From assembly GCF_006345805.1 (NCBI RefSeq), contig NC_043004.1, positions 48,608,001 through 48,672,000 on the forward strand: a stretch of 64,000 nt of DNA. Direction: 5' to 3'. Both the position numbers and the translations under genes were made by a program. The notes beneath the pieces are model-generated. The model had not been told where the DNA came from, did no database searches, and saw only the letters and a program-made list of their open reading frames with translations. Below, one piece after another: positions 38,653-52,989 of the stretch (its first letter is position 1; the number at the start of each line of letters is the position of its first letter). Source of the stretch: Octopus sinensis (lineage: Eukaryota).

Positions 38653-39584
38653 ATGTATTTACATATATTACAGTAGGCTTCATGCAGTTTCCATCAGTTT
38701 CCATTCACACTCAAAGTATTGACCATCCTGGGACTGTAAGAAAAGATACGTACCCAGGGAGCCATGCTTTGAGACTGAAGCTGATACCATGGCTACAAAG
38801 CTAGCTTCTTAATAACAATGCCTTAGCATGTGCTTTTTATTGTGTGTGAGTGTGCGTGTGCATGTGTGTGTGTGTGTGTGTGTATACACATATGTATAGA
38901 AATAAAGCACCTGAAGATGGTGGGAGAATTGAATGGCTGAAATATAGAGTATAAGATATAGGGTTGAAATTATTAATTTGGAAATGTCAAACGGTTGTGA
39001 CCATAATTGATCTGAGAGAAATATGGAATTAGCTCATTCTGTTGGGGTGCTCTTTATAAATCTACATTGTCAACCCCTTCCTTACCTATCACACACAATC
39101 CATCTTCATAACAAACTGTCCAAACATCGTAATCTTCTTCACAATCATTCAATATTTGTTCACTATCTCCAAAAATAGAAACTTTCACAAAAATATTTTT
39201 TCCATCATTGTTTTTCACAAAAATAATGATTCTTTTTGTTTGGCATCACATGAACAAAAATAGAACCATAAAACTCTCTCCTCCTCCCTCTCTCTCTCTC
39301 TCTCCCCCCTCTCTCTCTCTCTCTCTCCCCCTCTCTCTCTCTCTCTCTCCCCCTCTCTCTCTCTCTCTCCCCCTCTCTCTCATCTTAAATTGATTCTTCC
39401 CTCTCTGTTATGCTTTCTTCATTATTATTTTTATCACTTTTAAATCTAATTCTTGTTATCTTCTCAGTTTCTGTTTTGATGTTTTTACAATTACCAAGTC
39501 AAAATATACTTTGACATGTCATATTGTTGTTGTGTCTTTTTTTTTTTTTTATCTATCATCAGAATATAACTGATAGTATTGTCA

Positions 39585-39790
39585 AACATGTGGCTGACTT
39601 GGTCACCAAAAATACTGCTAGCTGACTTACTTTCCAAAATATGTAGTTAACTTTTTGCTTAACATGTAGCTGACTACTTTATCAAACATGTAACTAGTGT
39701 CATCATCAAACAAGTATTCATCAACCATGTAGCTATATTTTCTATCAAACCTGTACATAATAATGTAGGAGTCATCATTGCCAAACATGT
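39585..39790. repeat. Degenerate minisatellite of about 24 bp
   Basis: Units like tcaaacatgtagctgactacttta. Confidence 0.6.
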
Positions 39791-40724
39791 ATAGGTGCAG
39801 GCATGGTTGTATGGTGAAGAAGTTTACTTCCCCATCATGTAGTTTCAGGTTCAATTCTACTCATTGGTACCTTAGTGTCTTCTACTAAGACCCCGGGTTG
39901 GCCAAAGTCATGTGAATGAATTTAGTTGACAGAAATTGAAAGAAGCCCATCGTATATGCATGTTTGTGTGTGTGCGTGCATGTGTGTGTATGTGTGTGTG
40001 TGTGTGTTGTGTACTTGTGTGTGCATGTAGTTTGGCATGTATGTGTATGCATTTGTATCTCATTGTCTTGAGATTAAATAAAAGTTGTAAACATGTGTCA
40101 TTGTCATACAAGTGATGCCCTTCATTTTCGGTCTTCTGTGGAGGCATGTTCAACCACAGGGAAGTACTACCTTGCTTGAAAACAGGTGAGGGTTGGTGAC
40201 AGGAAGGGTATCCAGTTGTAGAAAATCTGCTCCACTGAATTCCACCTGAACCATGCAAACATTAAAAGTGAACATAAAAATAATGATGAAGATGTAAGTA
40301 ATTAATAATGCAGTATCGTCATCATCATCATACAGTATTTTAAATCTGGGTTTTGTACCTGTTAACAGGGGTGGCCAGATCAACCTTAATGCCATAGCAT
40401 CTGAAGCAGGTAGGTGCAGCCCACTCCAGCCTTTGAGCTGGTTGGTGCCCATTCTTCCTTGCTATCATGCGGCTTTTTTGGAGCTAAATTTTCTACAGGG
40501 AGCATGCCCTTCCTTATACCCAACCTCAGTTTCTAGACATGAGTGGTCCCGAGACCAAGGACTCTGCCATGATTTTTAAGAAATGTGGTGGAAAACTAGC
40601 TCAGGAAGGCAGGGACGCAACTCCCTGAGACCCCTTTCGGAGACCCCCTAACCTACTAAACTACTAATTAGTTACTACTCCAGTTAAATTCATAAACTGT
40701 TTCAAATTTTGATACAAGGTCAGC

Positions 40725-40915
40725 AGTCTATTACGGGAGGAATAAATCAATCACATCACTCCCAGTATTTAACTGGTATGCTATTTTATTGATCTTGAAA
40801 GAACAAAAGGCAAAATTGATCCTGAACTCAGAATGTAAAGAACTGGAAGAAATGCCACAAAGCATTTTGTCTGATGTGCTAACAATTCTGCCAACTTGCT
40901 GCCTCAGGTGGGTGA
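40725..40915 (-). mobile_element. SINE family B, degenerate
   Basis: caatcacatcactcccagtatttaactggta...gaactcagaatgtaaag. Confidence 0.75.
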
Positions 40916-41094
40916 TTGCTTGGATTAAAGGTATAAGTAGTAATGTAGATCTGCCCGTGCTCATTTCCTTCCCCCTTCTACCACCCATTTTTCATGACTC
41001 CTCTCTTCTTTTAAATCACAATGCTTGAGTAATTGATTACTGCAGCAGATCTTTTTGTACCTGATACACTTGTCTTCCTACCCTATGTACTTAT

Positions 41095-41323
41095 TTCTTT
41101 ATTACCCACAAGGGGCTAAACATAGAGAGGACAAACAAGGACAGACATAGGTATTAAGTCGATTACATCAACCCCAGTGTGTAACTGGTACTTAATTTAT
41201 CGACCCCAAAAGGATGAAAGGCAAAGTCGACCTCGGCGGAATTTGAACTCAGAACGTAACGGCAGACGAAATACCGCTAGGCATTTCGCCCGGCGTGCTA
41301 ACGTTTCTACCAGCTCGCCGCCT
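41095..41323 (-). mobile_element. SINE family B, full length, young
   Basis: Near-identical reverse complement of 56466-56697. Confidence 0.95.
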
Positions 41324-41574
41324 ATATACTATATATTCCTACCCTATATACTGTTTGCCCACACTCCCTAATCCTCACATCCCTACTTTTCTGAAATCCA
41401 CCATTCTCTCTAATCAACTAACATCATTCAGCGTTCCTTGTCTCTATGTTGGCATCTGTCACATGCCTTCTCTTTCTCACTAGCAAACCTCGTTAACTCT
41501 CACTCATCATGATGCCTGAGTAATGCAGGTTGCATCAGATCTGATAGAACTTGATACACCTTGCCTTTTCTCTT

Positions 41575-41620
<46 letters not shown>

Positions 41621-41989
41621 TCTCCCCTCTCCCTCTCTCCCCTGCCAACTAACATTTGCTGTCTTTCACTACTCTTCTTCAGATCAACTCTTTATTGATT
41701 TTATTGATACCCCTCTCTCTTAACATTATCCTTCTGTGCAGCTTCTAACTACTCTCTTTCTCTCCAACTACTCCCCACCCACGAGGCCACTCATCTATCA
41801 TTTGTGATTGACATCCATCACATTATTTTTTGTTCTATCTTGGGAGGGTCATTGCACCAACAACACACTCACTGGCTCATTTCAGATCATTACAACTAAG
41901 TCTTATCAATCCACCAAAAATAAATGTAAAGTGATAATGGTGTAGCTGATGCTATAGTCAGTGATGTAAATGGTATTGTTGCTAACACT

Positions 41990-42620
41990 ATAGGTAATGA
42001 TATAAATAATAAGCTAGCTGACCCTATAGTCAATGATATAAATAGTAATCTGGCTGACTCTAACACTCTGTGATATACACTGTAATGTAGTTAACTCTAT
42101 CGTCCTCAATATAAATAGTAATGTAGCTGACTCTATAGTATGTCATATAAATAGAAACGTAGCTGACCACTATAGTCTGTAATAGTAATGTAACTGATAC
42201 TATAGTCTGTATTAGTAATGTAACTGACACTATAGTCTGTAATAGTAATGTAACTGACAGTATAGTCTATGATATAAATAGTAATATAGGTAACTCTATA
42301 GTAATGTAGCTGACACTGTAGCCTATGATATAAATAGTAATGTAGCTGAAATTACAGTCTATAATATAAATAGTAATGTAACTGATAGTATAGTCTATTG
42401 TATAAATAGCAATGTAACTGACACTATAAAGCAATGATATAAATAGTAATGTAACTGACATAATAATTTATGGTATAAATACTAATGTGCTTGACCCTGT
42501 AAGTAATGATATAAATAATCATGTTGTCAACTATATTATCAATTATGGAAATAGAAATGTAGTTGTCCTTATAGTCTAATGTGTAAATAGTAAAGTAGCC
42601 AACACTATAAGGAATTGTAT
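41990..42620. repeat. 36-bp minisatellite with a 30-bp sub-array
   Basis: Unit ctgacactgtagcctatgatataaatagtaatgtag; 30-bp variant three times at 42171-42260. Confidence 0.85.
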
Positions 42621-42991
42621 GTATAATACTCATGTCAACCATGAAGCTGATAGTCTCATTTAATGTCAAGGTAAATCTCTCTAAAGCCCCCGGAGGTTAA
42701 TTCAGTCTAATTCTCAGCTCCAGTTTCAATGAGTTTAATGGATAAGAGGTGATTTTTCTCCCCTTGATAGCATGTTTGTCTATGGCCATCAACATTCTGA
42801 GACCCACAACATACTGGAATTTACTAATTTCATTAAATCTGTGGATGAATTTCCATGTGGTCAGTACACCTGTCAAGAAATTGCAATGAATTTTCTCTTG
42901 CATGAAATCTCAACTATCATGAAAAGGGAAGGACATGTAGGATAATGTAGTTATACATCAGTTGGGTGATATGGTCATATTTGAAAATGTC

Positions 42992-43444
42992 TGTAGTGAC
43001 GCTACTGTGGAAGTTTCAGCGCACATGCGCAGAATTGGATTACTTCCTGTAGGCCGCCGGAAGTTCCCTCATGTGCATGCGCAGGAACTGCAACCTGGAA
43101 GCGTAACCGCTAAATCGGTCTTTTTGGAAGAGCAGCGCTAACGAGCAGACGTGGCTAAGACTTCTCTCAGGGAAAACCCTACGCACAGAGAAGCTCTCTC
43201 TTCGAAGCGGGAACGAACACAGTATCCTCTTGGCTCACCCTAGTGAACATTTGTAAACAGTCCCGTGGACTTGGCTGCCGGTTCACCCATAAGAAATATA
43301 TATGTATATATTTTACCAGTGAACCCGAAGAATAAAGTACTATTTATTGTTATTGCCAGATTTTTGGTTCCTTTTCTTTGACTTGTATGTAACAAGATAA
43401 GACCAGACACCCCTCCAGTGTTCCTGAACTCTCATCTTGTTACA
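42992..43444 (+). mobile_element. Solo LTR
   Basis: TGTA...TACA termini; 4-bp TSD tgtc at 42988-42991 and 43445-43448; AATAAA at 43331; GC/CpG-rich relative to flanks. Confidence 0.7.
43019..43083 (+). promoter_or_regulatory. NRF1-like and ETS-like motif cluster inside the solo LTR
   Basis: gcgcacatgcgca 43019, acttcctg 43042, ccggaagt 43057, gtgcatgcgca 43073; motif match only. Confidence 0.35.
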
Positions 43445-43631
43445 TGTCTATGACAATAGGTCTGCTCAATTAGAGTAGACCTAGCTTTAAGCAACAAATA
43501 TAGGAGCCTGTTCTTCACAGCTCATTGTTCTGTGGCATGTGAAATTTACTGGCTTGTCCAGATATAAATAAAAGGTTTGCAAAAACTGGAAATCAAGAAC
43601 AGAGTTTGTTGCAATCCTATACAATATTTAA

Positions 43632-43850
43632 CCCTTTTGTTAGCATATTGCTGTTGAAGTACAATGTCTTTATTTCAATTTATTTTGAAAATAATGTACA
43701 ATTTAGTAAAATAATTTCATCATTATTAAGATGATGTCTCGAACATAAATGAACATGATGCCTTGAGTGAAAGTTTTAATTTAGAACACTTTAAGATGGG
43801 AAGTTTGCATCATAGATCCAGAAGTGGTGTTTAATGGATTAGTGTTATGA
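43632..43850. mobile_element. piggyBac-type MITE, right end decayed
   Basis: TTAA then cccttttgttagcata; no clean right TIR. Confidence 0.4.
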
Positions 43851-44736
43851 TGTGGGTATACATGTCCGGTGTAAAATGGTATTACACAAATAAATAGTTG
43901 GTTGTGGTTATCTAAAATATAACCTATCACAGAAATATGTGATAACATAGAACGCACTCCGTACTATTTGAACATAGGTACGATACTCAGTATTCACTGT
44001 TCAACTACCGACTGTTCAACCAACACACGTCGAACCAACATGGTAAGCCAACACAGGTAAATTAACACCATCAACTACTCTCTTGACAGTTCACTCAGTT
44101 CTTATTTGTTGTAATCAATTAGTCCACCTTCAGTCATGTAGGGGGGGGGGTTCAGGGTTCTCCCATAACAGTTAGTATCAAAGGGTTTATATGAATATTT
44201 TCCTTTTACTTAACGAACACGTAAATGTGCCATCAAACAGGCAAATTTGTTATGAAAACATGTAACTATGGTATCAAACATCTAGTCATTGACAAAACCA
44301 TTTCCCCATGTATTTTAGGCTTCTTCCAAGTTTTGCAAACTTATCCATGTGTTATAAACTTCCTCAAAGTGATGTAAGCTCCTTGCAGATGTTATAGAGC
44401 TGCCGTGCTGAAGTTGTATGTAAATCACTTGGGTGTTGTGACCTTTGGATGTATCAAATATTTTAGAAGGAGGTAACTACCAGCATCTGCCACATTATGG
44501 CTGTCTCAAGTAACAGGAATTTGTGCTTACAGAAATTGTAAATTATGACTACTAATTTCAGGGTATGGTCTGTAATTTTGCTCTTATGGAAAGTTAAATG
44601 GTTTTTAAGAATTTAAAAACTACACTTTGTTCTTAGCCAAAAGGCTGTTACTTCATGTTTCAGCTAACATCAAAGTAGTTAAAAATTTGTAAAACTATAA
44701 TCATGATACAAACATATGTATTATATAATGGATATA

Positions 44737-44790
<54 letters not shown>

Positions 44791-46034
44791 AGTGTGTGTA
44801 TGTATATATATATATATCATTTTGTGTGTGTATAGGCAAGTGTTTATGTATGCATCTCTATCAATATTTATGGAATGTGAGATTGGATTTTTCACTGAGA
44901 ATATTTGTGCATGTTTGTGTATATTTCCTTAGGTCACAATGAGCAACTATCCATTTGTCTGTCTGTCTAGATAAACCTTCACCAATATTATCATCAGCAC
45001 CAATACAATCAGCATCAGTACCAAAAACCAATACAACACCACCACTATCAACCCACCATCTCCTTAATGAACAGTAACAACAACAACAATAGTATGAGCA
45101 AGATAAGTAACTCCACATAAAATATAAATCAATTACATGAGAGAATGTGTTACTTTAGCGCATTTTAAATGTTGATTGAAATGTGTTTGATCTTAAGTCA
45201 ACAACAATTAACACAAGACTAAACAGTAATGGCAATACAAGTAAAATGAACAATATGACCACTGGCACCACCAACAATTCCTCCACCATCACCAACACCA
45301 AAACCAATACAACCAACCCACCAACTTTTGAATAATCAATTGGCAAAACAATGATAGAATCAGTATTATAGCAATGTCTGTAGCTACATATGCGGTATGT
45401 CAGTACACTGGTGTATGTGTGTGAGTATATGTTTAAGCAGAGTGTGGAGTTTTTATGGCTCAAGTCAGAGGTGCAAGGAGCAAAGAGCAATAAACCCAGT
45501 AACTCTTCAACTAACTTTAATCATACAGTAATTCCTCCCATCTCACTCCTTCATCTTCTCATTTTCATTCTTACATCCAAAGGAATAAGACAATAGTGGT
45601 TTGTTCTCACAAAACAGTTCTTTTCTGATGTTCTTTGGCAATGTCTTGCCATTTATATTGTGACCTTCAAACCTCAAGTGTATACCTGGCACTTGCCACC
45701 ATCTCTCTCTCTTCTTTTACTCAACCATCCCATTTATATCTTAATCCTTGTCCCTTGTGAGTATGACCAGCACTTTGTCACCATCTCTCTCTTGCTCTCT
45801 CTTGTACTCTTGCTGTCTTCTTCTCTCTCTCTCCTCCCGCTCTTCTCTTGGGATGGGGAACCATGTATCTCCTTTATAGCAGCACACCTCTTTCTGTCCT
45901 CATTCTTGATCTCTCCTCCCACCCAGCCAGGTAACATTGTACCTCTTCTACAGCAAGACACCTGTTTCTGTCTCTCTCACTATAACCTTTTATCATCTGG
46001 CACAAGATCACCTCCTCTTATGCCCCCTTCCCTC

Positions 46035-46362
46035 TAAAAGGATCTTTGCCTTGTAAGTTACTTGGTGGCCCTTCCAGCACTGATGCCACATAAAAAGCAT
46101 CCAGTCCACACTGCAAAGTGGTTGGCATTTGGAAGGGCATTCAGCTGTAAAAACCTTGCCAAAACTGACCTTGCCTGTGCTTGTGCCACATGAAAAGCAC
46201 TCAGTTCACTCTGCTGGATGGTTGGTGTTAGGAAAGGCGTCCAGCTGTAAAAACCCTGCCAAAACAAACTCAGAAATCTGGTGCAGGCTCCTGCCTGGCC
46301 AGCTCCTGTCACACCATTCAACCCATGCCAGCATGAAAGGCAGATGCTAAAGGATGATGAGT
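46035..46362 (+). mobile_element. Family C retroposon with duplicated ggttgg...cagctgtaaaaac block
   Basis: Block at about 46115-46165 and 46215-46265; ends aggatgatgag. Confidence 0.75.
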
Positions 46363-48213
46363 TTACAATGAACTCAGTTGCTACACTGAACTGTACAAAG
46401 AGACAATGCACCACACACATCAAACAATTATTGATAAGTTGATGTTGATGACGCTGAACTAGGAGACAGAAGACAGTGTCCCTCGCCCTCCTAGTAACTC
46501 TCATTCCACCACCACTACCATCACCATCCTTCACTTAGTAGTCAATATCTTTTGTGCTAAGGATGTACCCTATTATGCTATTACAGTTCTTATTTATTCC
46601 CTAATGTATTCCCCTTCAAATGTTTTTATGCATACATATTGTACTACGAACATTTAGAAATTATTTTCATACAGAATCGTGGTCAGGCTGCTTATTTTTT
46701 GTTGTTGTCCTTTCAAAAAATTTGTCAGAAACTCTTTATCACTTTTATAGCATGAAAATCAATCAGAAAAATAATTTTGTGTTATGGGATTTCATGTTAT
46801 GACAAGTTTTTCCAGGAACGCATTATTTCCGTAATGTGGGGGATTTTTGCAAGTAGTTAATAGCAATGACACAATTATCTGTCTCAAACAACTCAAAAGA
46901 TGAAGTCAAAGAAAGCCAGAATTGGTGAAGCTCTGTGCAATTAACTAACTTAAAGTATCAGGAGAGTTTAGTGGACTGTGTTTGTTATGTAAGAGGATGT
47001 CATGAGATGACCTGCTTTGATATGGCAGTGATCAAATGGTTGATAGTAGCTGAGACAATAACAGTAGATGAAGTTGAATTTCAAAGCAGGGGTGAAGCTG
47101 CAAAAGGACAAGCATGTTTGGAGCATCAATGAGATTAACTGATGCAGTTTGATGCAGTTATTTAAACTCTGGTCAGACCTATGGTCAAAGACAATCCAGG
47201 AGTGAAGAACCCATCTTTGATTTTGTCACAGTATGTCCAGGAATATGTTAACCAATGTCCTTCTTTTCTAAGACATTAGGGTGTGATTTAAGAATGATTT
47301 AGTTGCTATTTCTGGTAGGATAAATCACCTTGTTCATTGGCACATAAATGATGCAGATAGATTATAATGGCAAAAAGATGTCTACACAAAGAGTATGGGA
47401 GTAGTTTTGTGTAGTAAAGGTGTCGTTGTTGTTTAGCAGATTGACCAGACCCATGATCAACAGCATTCTTACCATGACCTTCCCATCATATCTTGCTTTG
47501 TTTTCAAACATCTGGAACTGCATTGTCCAATGATTTATTTCTGTTTTAAGATGGTGGAGTTTAATTTGCAGAAGATTTGGCTGTTACTGATTATGCCAAT
47601 CTGTCTAAATTATGACAGTAGAAAGTGGACCTCAAACGATGATGATGATGGTATACATTTGTATGTGTATAATACAAAATATGATTCAAATTATATATAT
47701 ATGATTGTATGTTTAAAGAAGTTCGCTTTACAACCATATGATTCCAGGTTCAGTTCCACAGTGTGTCTTCTGCTGTATCCCTGTGCCAACCAAAACTTTG
47801 TGAGTGGATTTGGCAGATAGAAACGGAAAGAAGCCCATTCTATGTGTAAGTGTTTGCGTGTGTGTGTGTATTTGTGTCTCCTTGTCTTGATATTGCATGA
47901 TAGTTGTAAATGACTGTAGTACAAGCACGGCCATTTGGTTTGAATCTTCTGTGAGGAAATATTACCTCGCTTGTAAACAAGGTGACAATTGGTGAGACAA
48001 AAGGCATCTTACCAGAGAAAATTTGCCTCAATAAACTCTGTTCAACCCATGCAAGCATAAAAAAGTAGACATTAAAATGATGATGATGATGATATATATA
48101 TATATATATATATAACGTGTGCTAGCGCGGAAAACGGACGTTAAACGATGATGATGATGATGATGATGATGATGAAGATGATATATATATATGTGTGTGT
48201 TTGTGTGTGTATA

Positions 48214-48770
48214 CAGAGCTGGGCGTAAGTCCGTTAATTTGTTAATCATTAATTAATGAAGTTAACATCTTCATTAACGATTTAACTTTTAAGTTAACTT
48301 TAAAAATCCTTATCAAACTAATTAACTTCTGCTACCTTTAGCTTCTGATTTCTCAAGTCCGTTAATGCAAAAATTTCATAAAACAGGGAAACATTAAAAA
48401 GTTTCTATTGTTTTCAGATTGTCTTAGCATATTTAATATTGTACACATCGTTCTTTCAACCCTGATATCATGCCACTTATTATTAAAATAACTTGTAGGA
48501 CCTCAGTTGGCTCTGCCTGGATTTGAAACCAAATCCACCTGCTTGTTGCTTGCAACGGCAGTGGGAAATTTCTTTGTCCTGTCATGAGGGAACAGTGATT
48601 GATGTTTTTCCACTTGATCCGTGACCTTGCTGAGGTGGATGTCAACAGAGAACATATTGACATCCATAAAGTGGAAAAAATAAATGGAAGGAAAAATGTT
48701 GGTAAATATTTCAGTGTGAACACAAATATTTCGATTTGAATGCAAATAGCTGTTACGTGCTAGCAGGGCA
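48214..48770. mobile_element. Possible hAT DNA transposon end
   Basis: Starts cagagctgggcg followed by many gttaa/ttaac subterminal motifs; transposase not convincingly readable. Confidence 0.3.
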
Positions 48771-50090
48771 TGCTAGAAATGGCAGCCAAATCTTTTCTTT
48801 TCAGGAAAAGGGAACTGTTTACACATAATTCCGATGTCACATTCGTTGAAAGCATGCAAAATAACCTGGAAAAGGAAAAAAGACCTGCAAAACAAAACTC
48901 CCTTGGTGGGAAACTTTGAGGTTCCCACCACCCCTCACTTTTCCAGAAAAAAGTGGCTTGCGGAGGGTTTGGCAGTCAGATACATCGAATGCACCTGAAA
49001 AATCTGTGGAAAAAATTATTCCACACTGCGGTACAAAATATTTACCAAAAGAATAAAATCTTGTATCAATTATATCTGTACTTTAATTAATTTAGATTAA
49101 TGTACTTCATCTTGAAAAGTGGCAAAATTTTTGTTGGTTGCTATCTGGGATAATTTTAGTAACAAATCTAACAGCTATGATGCATTAAGTGTTTATCATA
49201 ATGTTATTGCTTTTACACCTGTTAATTAAATTTACCTCCCCATAAAAGTCAAATTTACTCAGCAATATCAGCTAAAATTACATAACTATACATGGTATGT
49301 AAAGCACCCACTGACAAAATTCCAAATTTGTATGTAAAAAATTTACTAAGTTACATGCAAATATTGTGGACATCCCTCTTGAACCTGAATAATTCAAAAT
49401 AATGTGAACAAATAAGCATTACAGTTGATAGATTAAAATGATCACTGAAGATATTTTTAGGTGTTTTTTTCTTACACACTTAACACAGCCTCACTTGGTT
49501 GGGATTACATGTGTGTTACTTTGACATTATTATTCCATAAAATTTGTTTATGGGGAGAAAAATATTGAAAAATATCAATAGATGTGTAAGTGAGAAAGAA
49601 ACAAGGAGGTAGGTTTTAGGATGTGCTAGAAACAACAGCCAAGATCTCTCTTAAATCACACATTTTCCTCTGAAATTATTAACAATTCTTTTTTAAACCA
49701 AAAATGTTTCTATCACAGGTTTTAAGCGGGTAGTGAAAAAAAATGGTCAAAATTGTTTCTGACTGGGGTAGTGAGGGGTTAGTGGGTGTGAAAAACAAAT
49801 GAATTTTCGAAATTTTTTTTGTTATTTTTTTTTTTCATGAAAAGATGCCTCTAACCATCATTCTGAAGAGTTTGGTGAAAAATATTGGAAAAAATCCCTG
49901 TCAAAACAGAAATTCCAACTTATGTGGGCTGTCTGATCTGAAACACTGTTTTCCAGAAATTCCTCCCCCACCCCCGCCACCTTTCCAAAAATTTTGCCTA
50001 CAAATTTCTTTGTAATCATAATCTACACCATTTGAAAGGTATTTATATAAAATTTCATTAAAAAATACCTATTTTCCAGAAAGTTATGGG

Positions 50091-50270
50091 CAAAATGCTT
50101 AGTGGTATTTCATCTGTCTTTACGTTCTGAGTTCAAATTCCGCCAAGGTCGACTTTGCCTTTCATTTTTTCAGGGTCGATAAATTAGGTACCAGTTGCAT
50201 ACTAGGGTCGATATAATCAACTGGCCCACTCCCCCAAAATTTTGGGCCTTGTGCCTAGAGTAGAAAAGAA
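50091..50270 (+). mobile_element. SINE family B, 5'-truncated
   Basis: gttctgagttcaaattccgccaaggtcgactttgcctttc...taggtaccagttg. Confidence 0.85.
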
Positions 50271-50384
50271 TATCTAGTATGTCCTGCCTTTTTCTAATGA
50301 CTGTAAAGTGTAATTCAAGGTGTAAGTTACACATTTCCTCTTTGTCTTCACAGTTGTAATCATTGGTGCAGTATTCTGATATTA

Positions 50385-50480
<96 letters not shown>

Positions 50481-50589
50481 ATTCAGCTTGGTTTCCATTT
50501 CCAGTTGGAACCAGTTCTCTGACATCGATCATGGTGCCCTAGGCATCTAAGCCACAACTTCCAGTTCACTCTGACCTACAAACCATAGA

Positions 50590-50840
50590 CACTATACTCC
50601 TTCTTGACAATGATGATGATGGTTGTGGTAGTGGTGGTAGTGATGATAATAGCGATGTTGTTGACAATGATGATGATGATGGTGATCATCATCATCATCA
50701 TCATCCTCATGGGTGGGGGGTGATGAGGACAAGGAGGATGAAGATGATGATCTTGGTGGCAGTACTGGTGGTGATGATGATGATCATGATCATGATCATT
50801 ATCATCATTATCATCATCATCATCATCATCATCATCATTG
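50590..50840. repeat. (GAT)/(CAT)/(GGT) compound microsatellite
   Basis: Direct reading. Confidence 0.9.
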
Positions 50841-51239
50841 CATTCGTTTTCCATTATAATTATCAAACATTTCTAAATTAAATGAAAAAACAAAAAATTT
50901 GTGAAGAAAAAATTATGTAAATGAGGTCAAAGGGAAAGGGATATAGTGGGGGGGCGGGAAAGTTATAAACTAGAAAGAGAAGGTGAGGTGATAGGATGGG
51001 GTGGGGGCAGTTAACATAATTCATAAGACAGTGTAGAAAGTTGTGTGGGGGAAGGTAGAAAGAGTTAGGGTAGGGGGGAAATAGTCAAGGAACTGGTGAG
51101 AGATGAATTGGTAGGGAACCAAGGAGAAAAGTTTTGTTACCTTGGTAGAACAACCCCCACTCTTGCTTTAACAATTTTCTTTGTTAGTTGTTTCGTTTTT
51201 AACCAGGGGTTGGTATTGTTGTGAGAGTGGGGAGTAATG

Positions 51240-51747
51240 ATGGTAGTATTACAATAGTTGCGGTAGTGGTGGTGGTGGTGGTGGTGGTTGGTGGTGGTGG
51301 TGATGGTGACAGTGGTGGCAGTGGCAGCAGTGGTTGTGGTGGCAGTAGTAGTGGTGGTGGTGGTGGTGGTGGTGGTAGTGGTGATGGTGGTGACAGTGGT
51401 GGCAGTGGCAGCAGTGGTTGTGGTGGCAGTGATGGTGGTGACAGTGGTGGCAGTGGCAGCAGTGGTTGTGGTGGCAGTAGTAGTGGTGGTGGTGGTGGTA
51501 GCAGTGATGGTGGTGGTAGCACTGATGGTGGTGGTGGTGGTGGTGGCAGTAGTTGTGGTAATGGTGGCGGTAGTAGTTGTAGTAGTGTTATTGGCAGCAG
51601 TGATGGTGATAGTGGTAGTGGTGGTGGTCTTTGTAGTGATGTTGGTCAGTAATGTTTGCTGCACTGTGGACATAATAAGGGTTTTATAAACTTTTTTTAA
51701 ATGGTAGAATGAAGTGGTAAGGGTAGTAGTAGTAGTAGTAGTAGTAA

Positions 51748-51786
<39 letters not shown>

Positions 51787-51900
51787 CAGCAGCAGCAGCA
51801 GTAGTGGTAGCAGCAGCAGCAGTAGAAGTAGTATGTGTATTGGTGATGGTGGTGGTGGTACTACCATTTGTAGTGTGGTAGTATTGGTGACAATATTGGT
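51240..51900. repeat. (GGT)/(AGT)/(AGC) trinucleotide tract with higher-order repeats
   Basis: Block ggtggtgacagtggtggcagtggcagcagtggttgtggtggcagt occurs three times. Confidence 0.9.
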
Positions 51901-52183
51901 GGTATTACCAACAGTAGTTGTAGTGCAAGCAGATTTTGTGTGCTGTTTCCTTCATCCTCTCACCCTCCATACTTGTTGACCAGTCTGGAGCAGTGAACCT
52001 GTAGTTCATTAACAACCATTGTGAAATATTGCCCCCAAAATGGGAGTAACAATCAACTGTGTCCCCTTTCTGAACTTTGGTTTCCATAGTTACATTTGCT
52101 CAATTCCCCACTATTCTATTCATAGCATCCACTCCAGCCCTCTTTTCTCTCCCTCCCTCCCCATCTCTCTATTTATTAATGGA

Positions 52184-52259
<76 letters not shown>

Positions 52260-52283
52260 CATACATACATATATATATATATA

Positions 52284-52708
52284 TTTTCTTTTACTTGTTT
52301 CAGTCATTTGACTGCAACCATGCTGGAGCACCGCCTTTAGTCGAGCAAATCGACCTCAGGACTTATTCTTTGTAAGCCCAGTACTTATTCTATCGGTCTC
52401 TTTTGCCCAAGCACTAGGTTACAGGGACATAAACACACCAGAATCAGTTGTGAAGCGATGTCGGGGATACACACACACACATACAAACATATACACATAC
52501 ATACATACATACATATATACATACATATATATATATATATATATAAGATGGGCTTCTTTCAGTTTCTGTCTACCAAATCCCCTCACAAGACTTTGATCAG
52601 CCTGAGGCTATAGTAGAAGACACTTGCCCAAGGTGCCATGCAGTGGGACTGAACCCAGAACCATGTGGTTGGTAAGCAAGCTACTTACCACACAACCACT
52701 TCTACACC

Positions 52709-52770
<62 letters not shown>

Positions 52771-52918
52771 CGATGGGCTTCTTTCAGTTTCCATCTACCA
52801 AATCCACTCACAAGGCTTTAGTCGGCCTGAGGCTATTGTAGAAGGCACTTGCCCAAGGTGCCATGCAGTGGGACTGAACCCGGAACCATTTGGTTGGGAA
52901 GCAAGCTTCTTACCACTC
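52284..52918 (-). mobile_element. SINE family A plus a second head half
   Basis: Full copy 52284-52709; extra head half 52772-52918. Confidence 0.9.
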
Positions 52919-52989
52919 CACTTATAACCTAGTGTAGAACTCAATATATGAATGCTTCTGAACAACGCATTATTTGAGTATAGAGTGGT

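Noticed and set aside
38906-38952. CUGAAGA...GAAAUAUA hammerhead-like motif on the + strand
   Set aside because: Stem II is mostly wobble or mismatch and stem I has mismatches. It is at best a decayed copy, but would count against the antisense-only pattern if shown to be active.
44319-44373. Possible 55-nt + strand exon with AG and GTAAGC signals
   Set aside because: Too short to distinguish from chance; no recognisable peptide.
49720-50090. Possible DNA-transposon internal fragment
   Set aside because: No TIRs, TSD or second copy could be identified.
51137-51689. Gly/Ser-, Thr-, Val- and Pro-rich ORFs of 107-178 aa
   Set aside because: All frames are open because the tract is a trinucleotide repeat; no unique domain or splice support.
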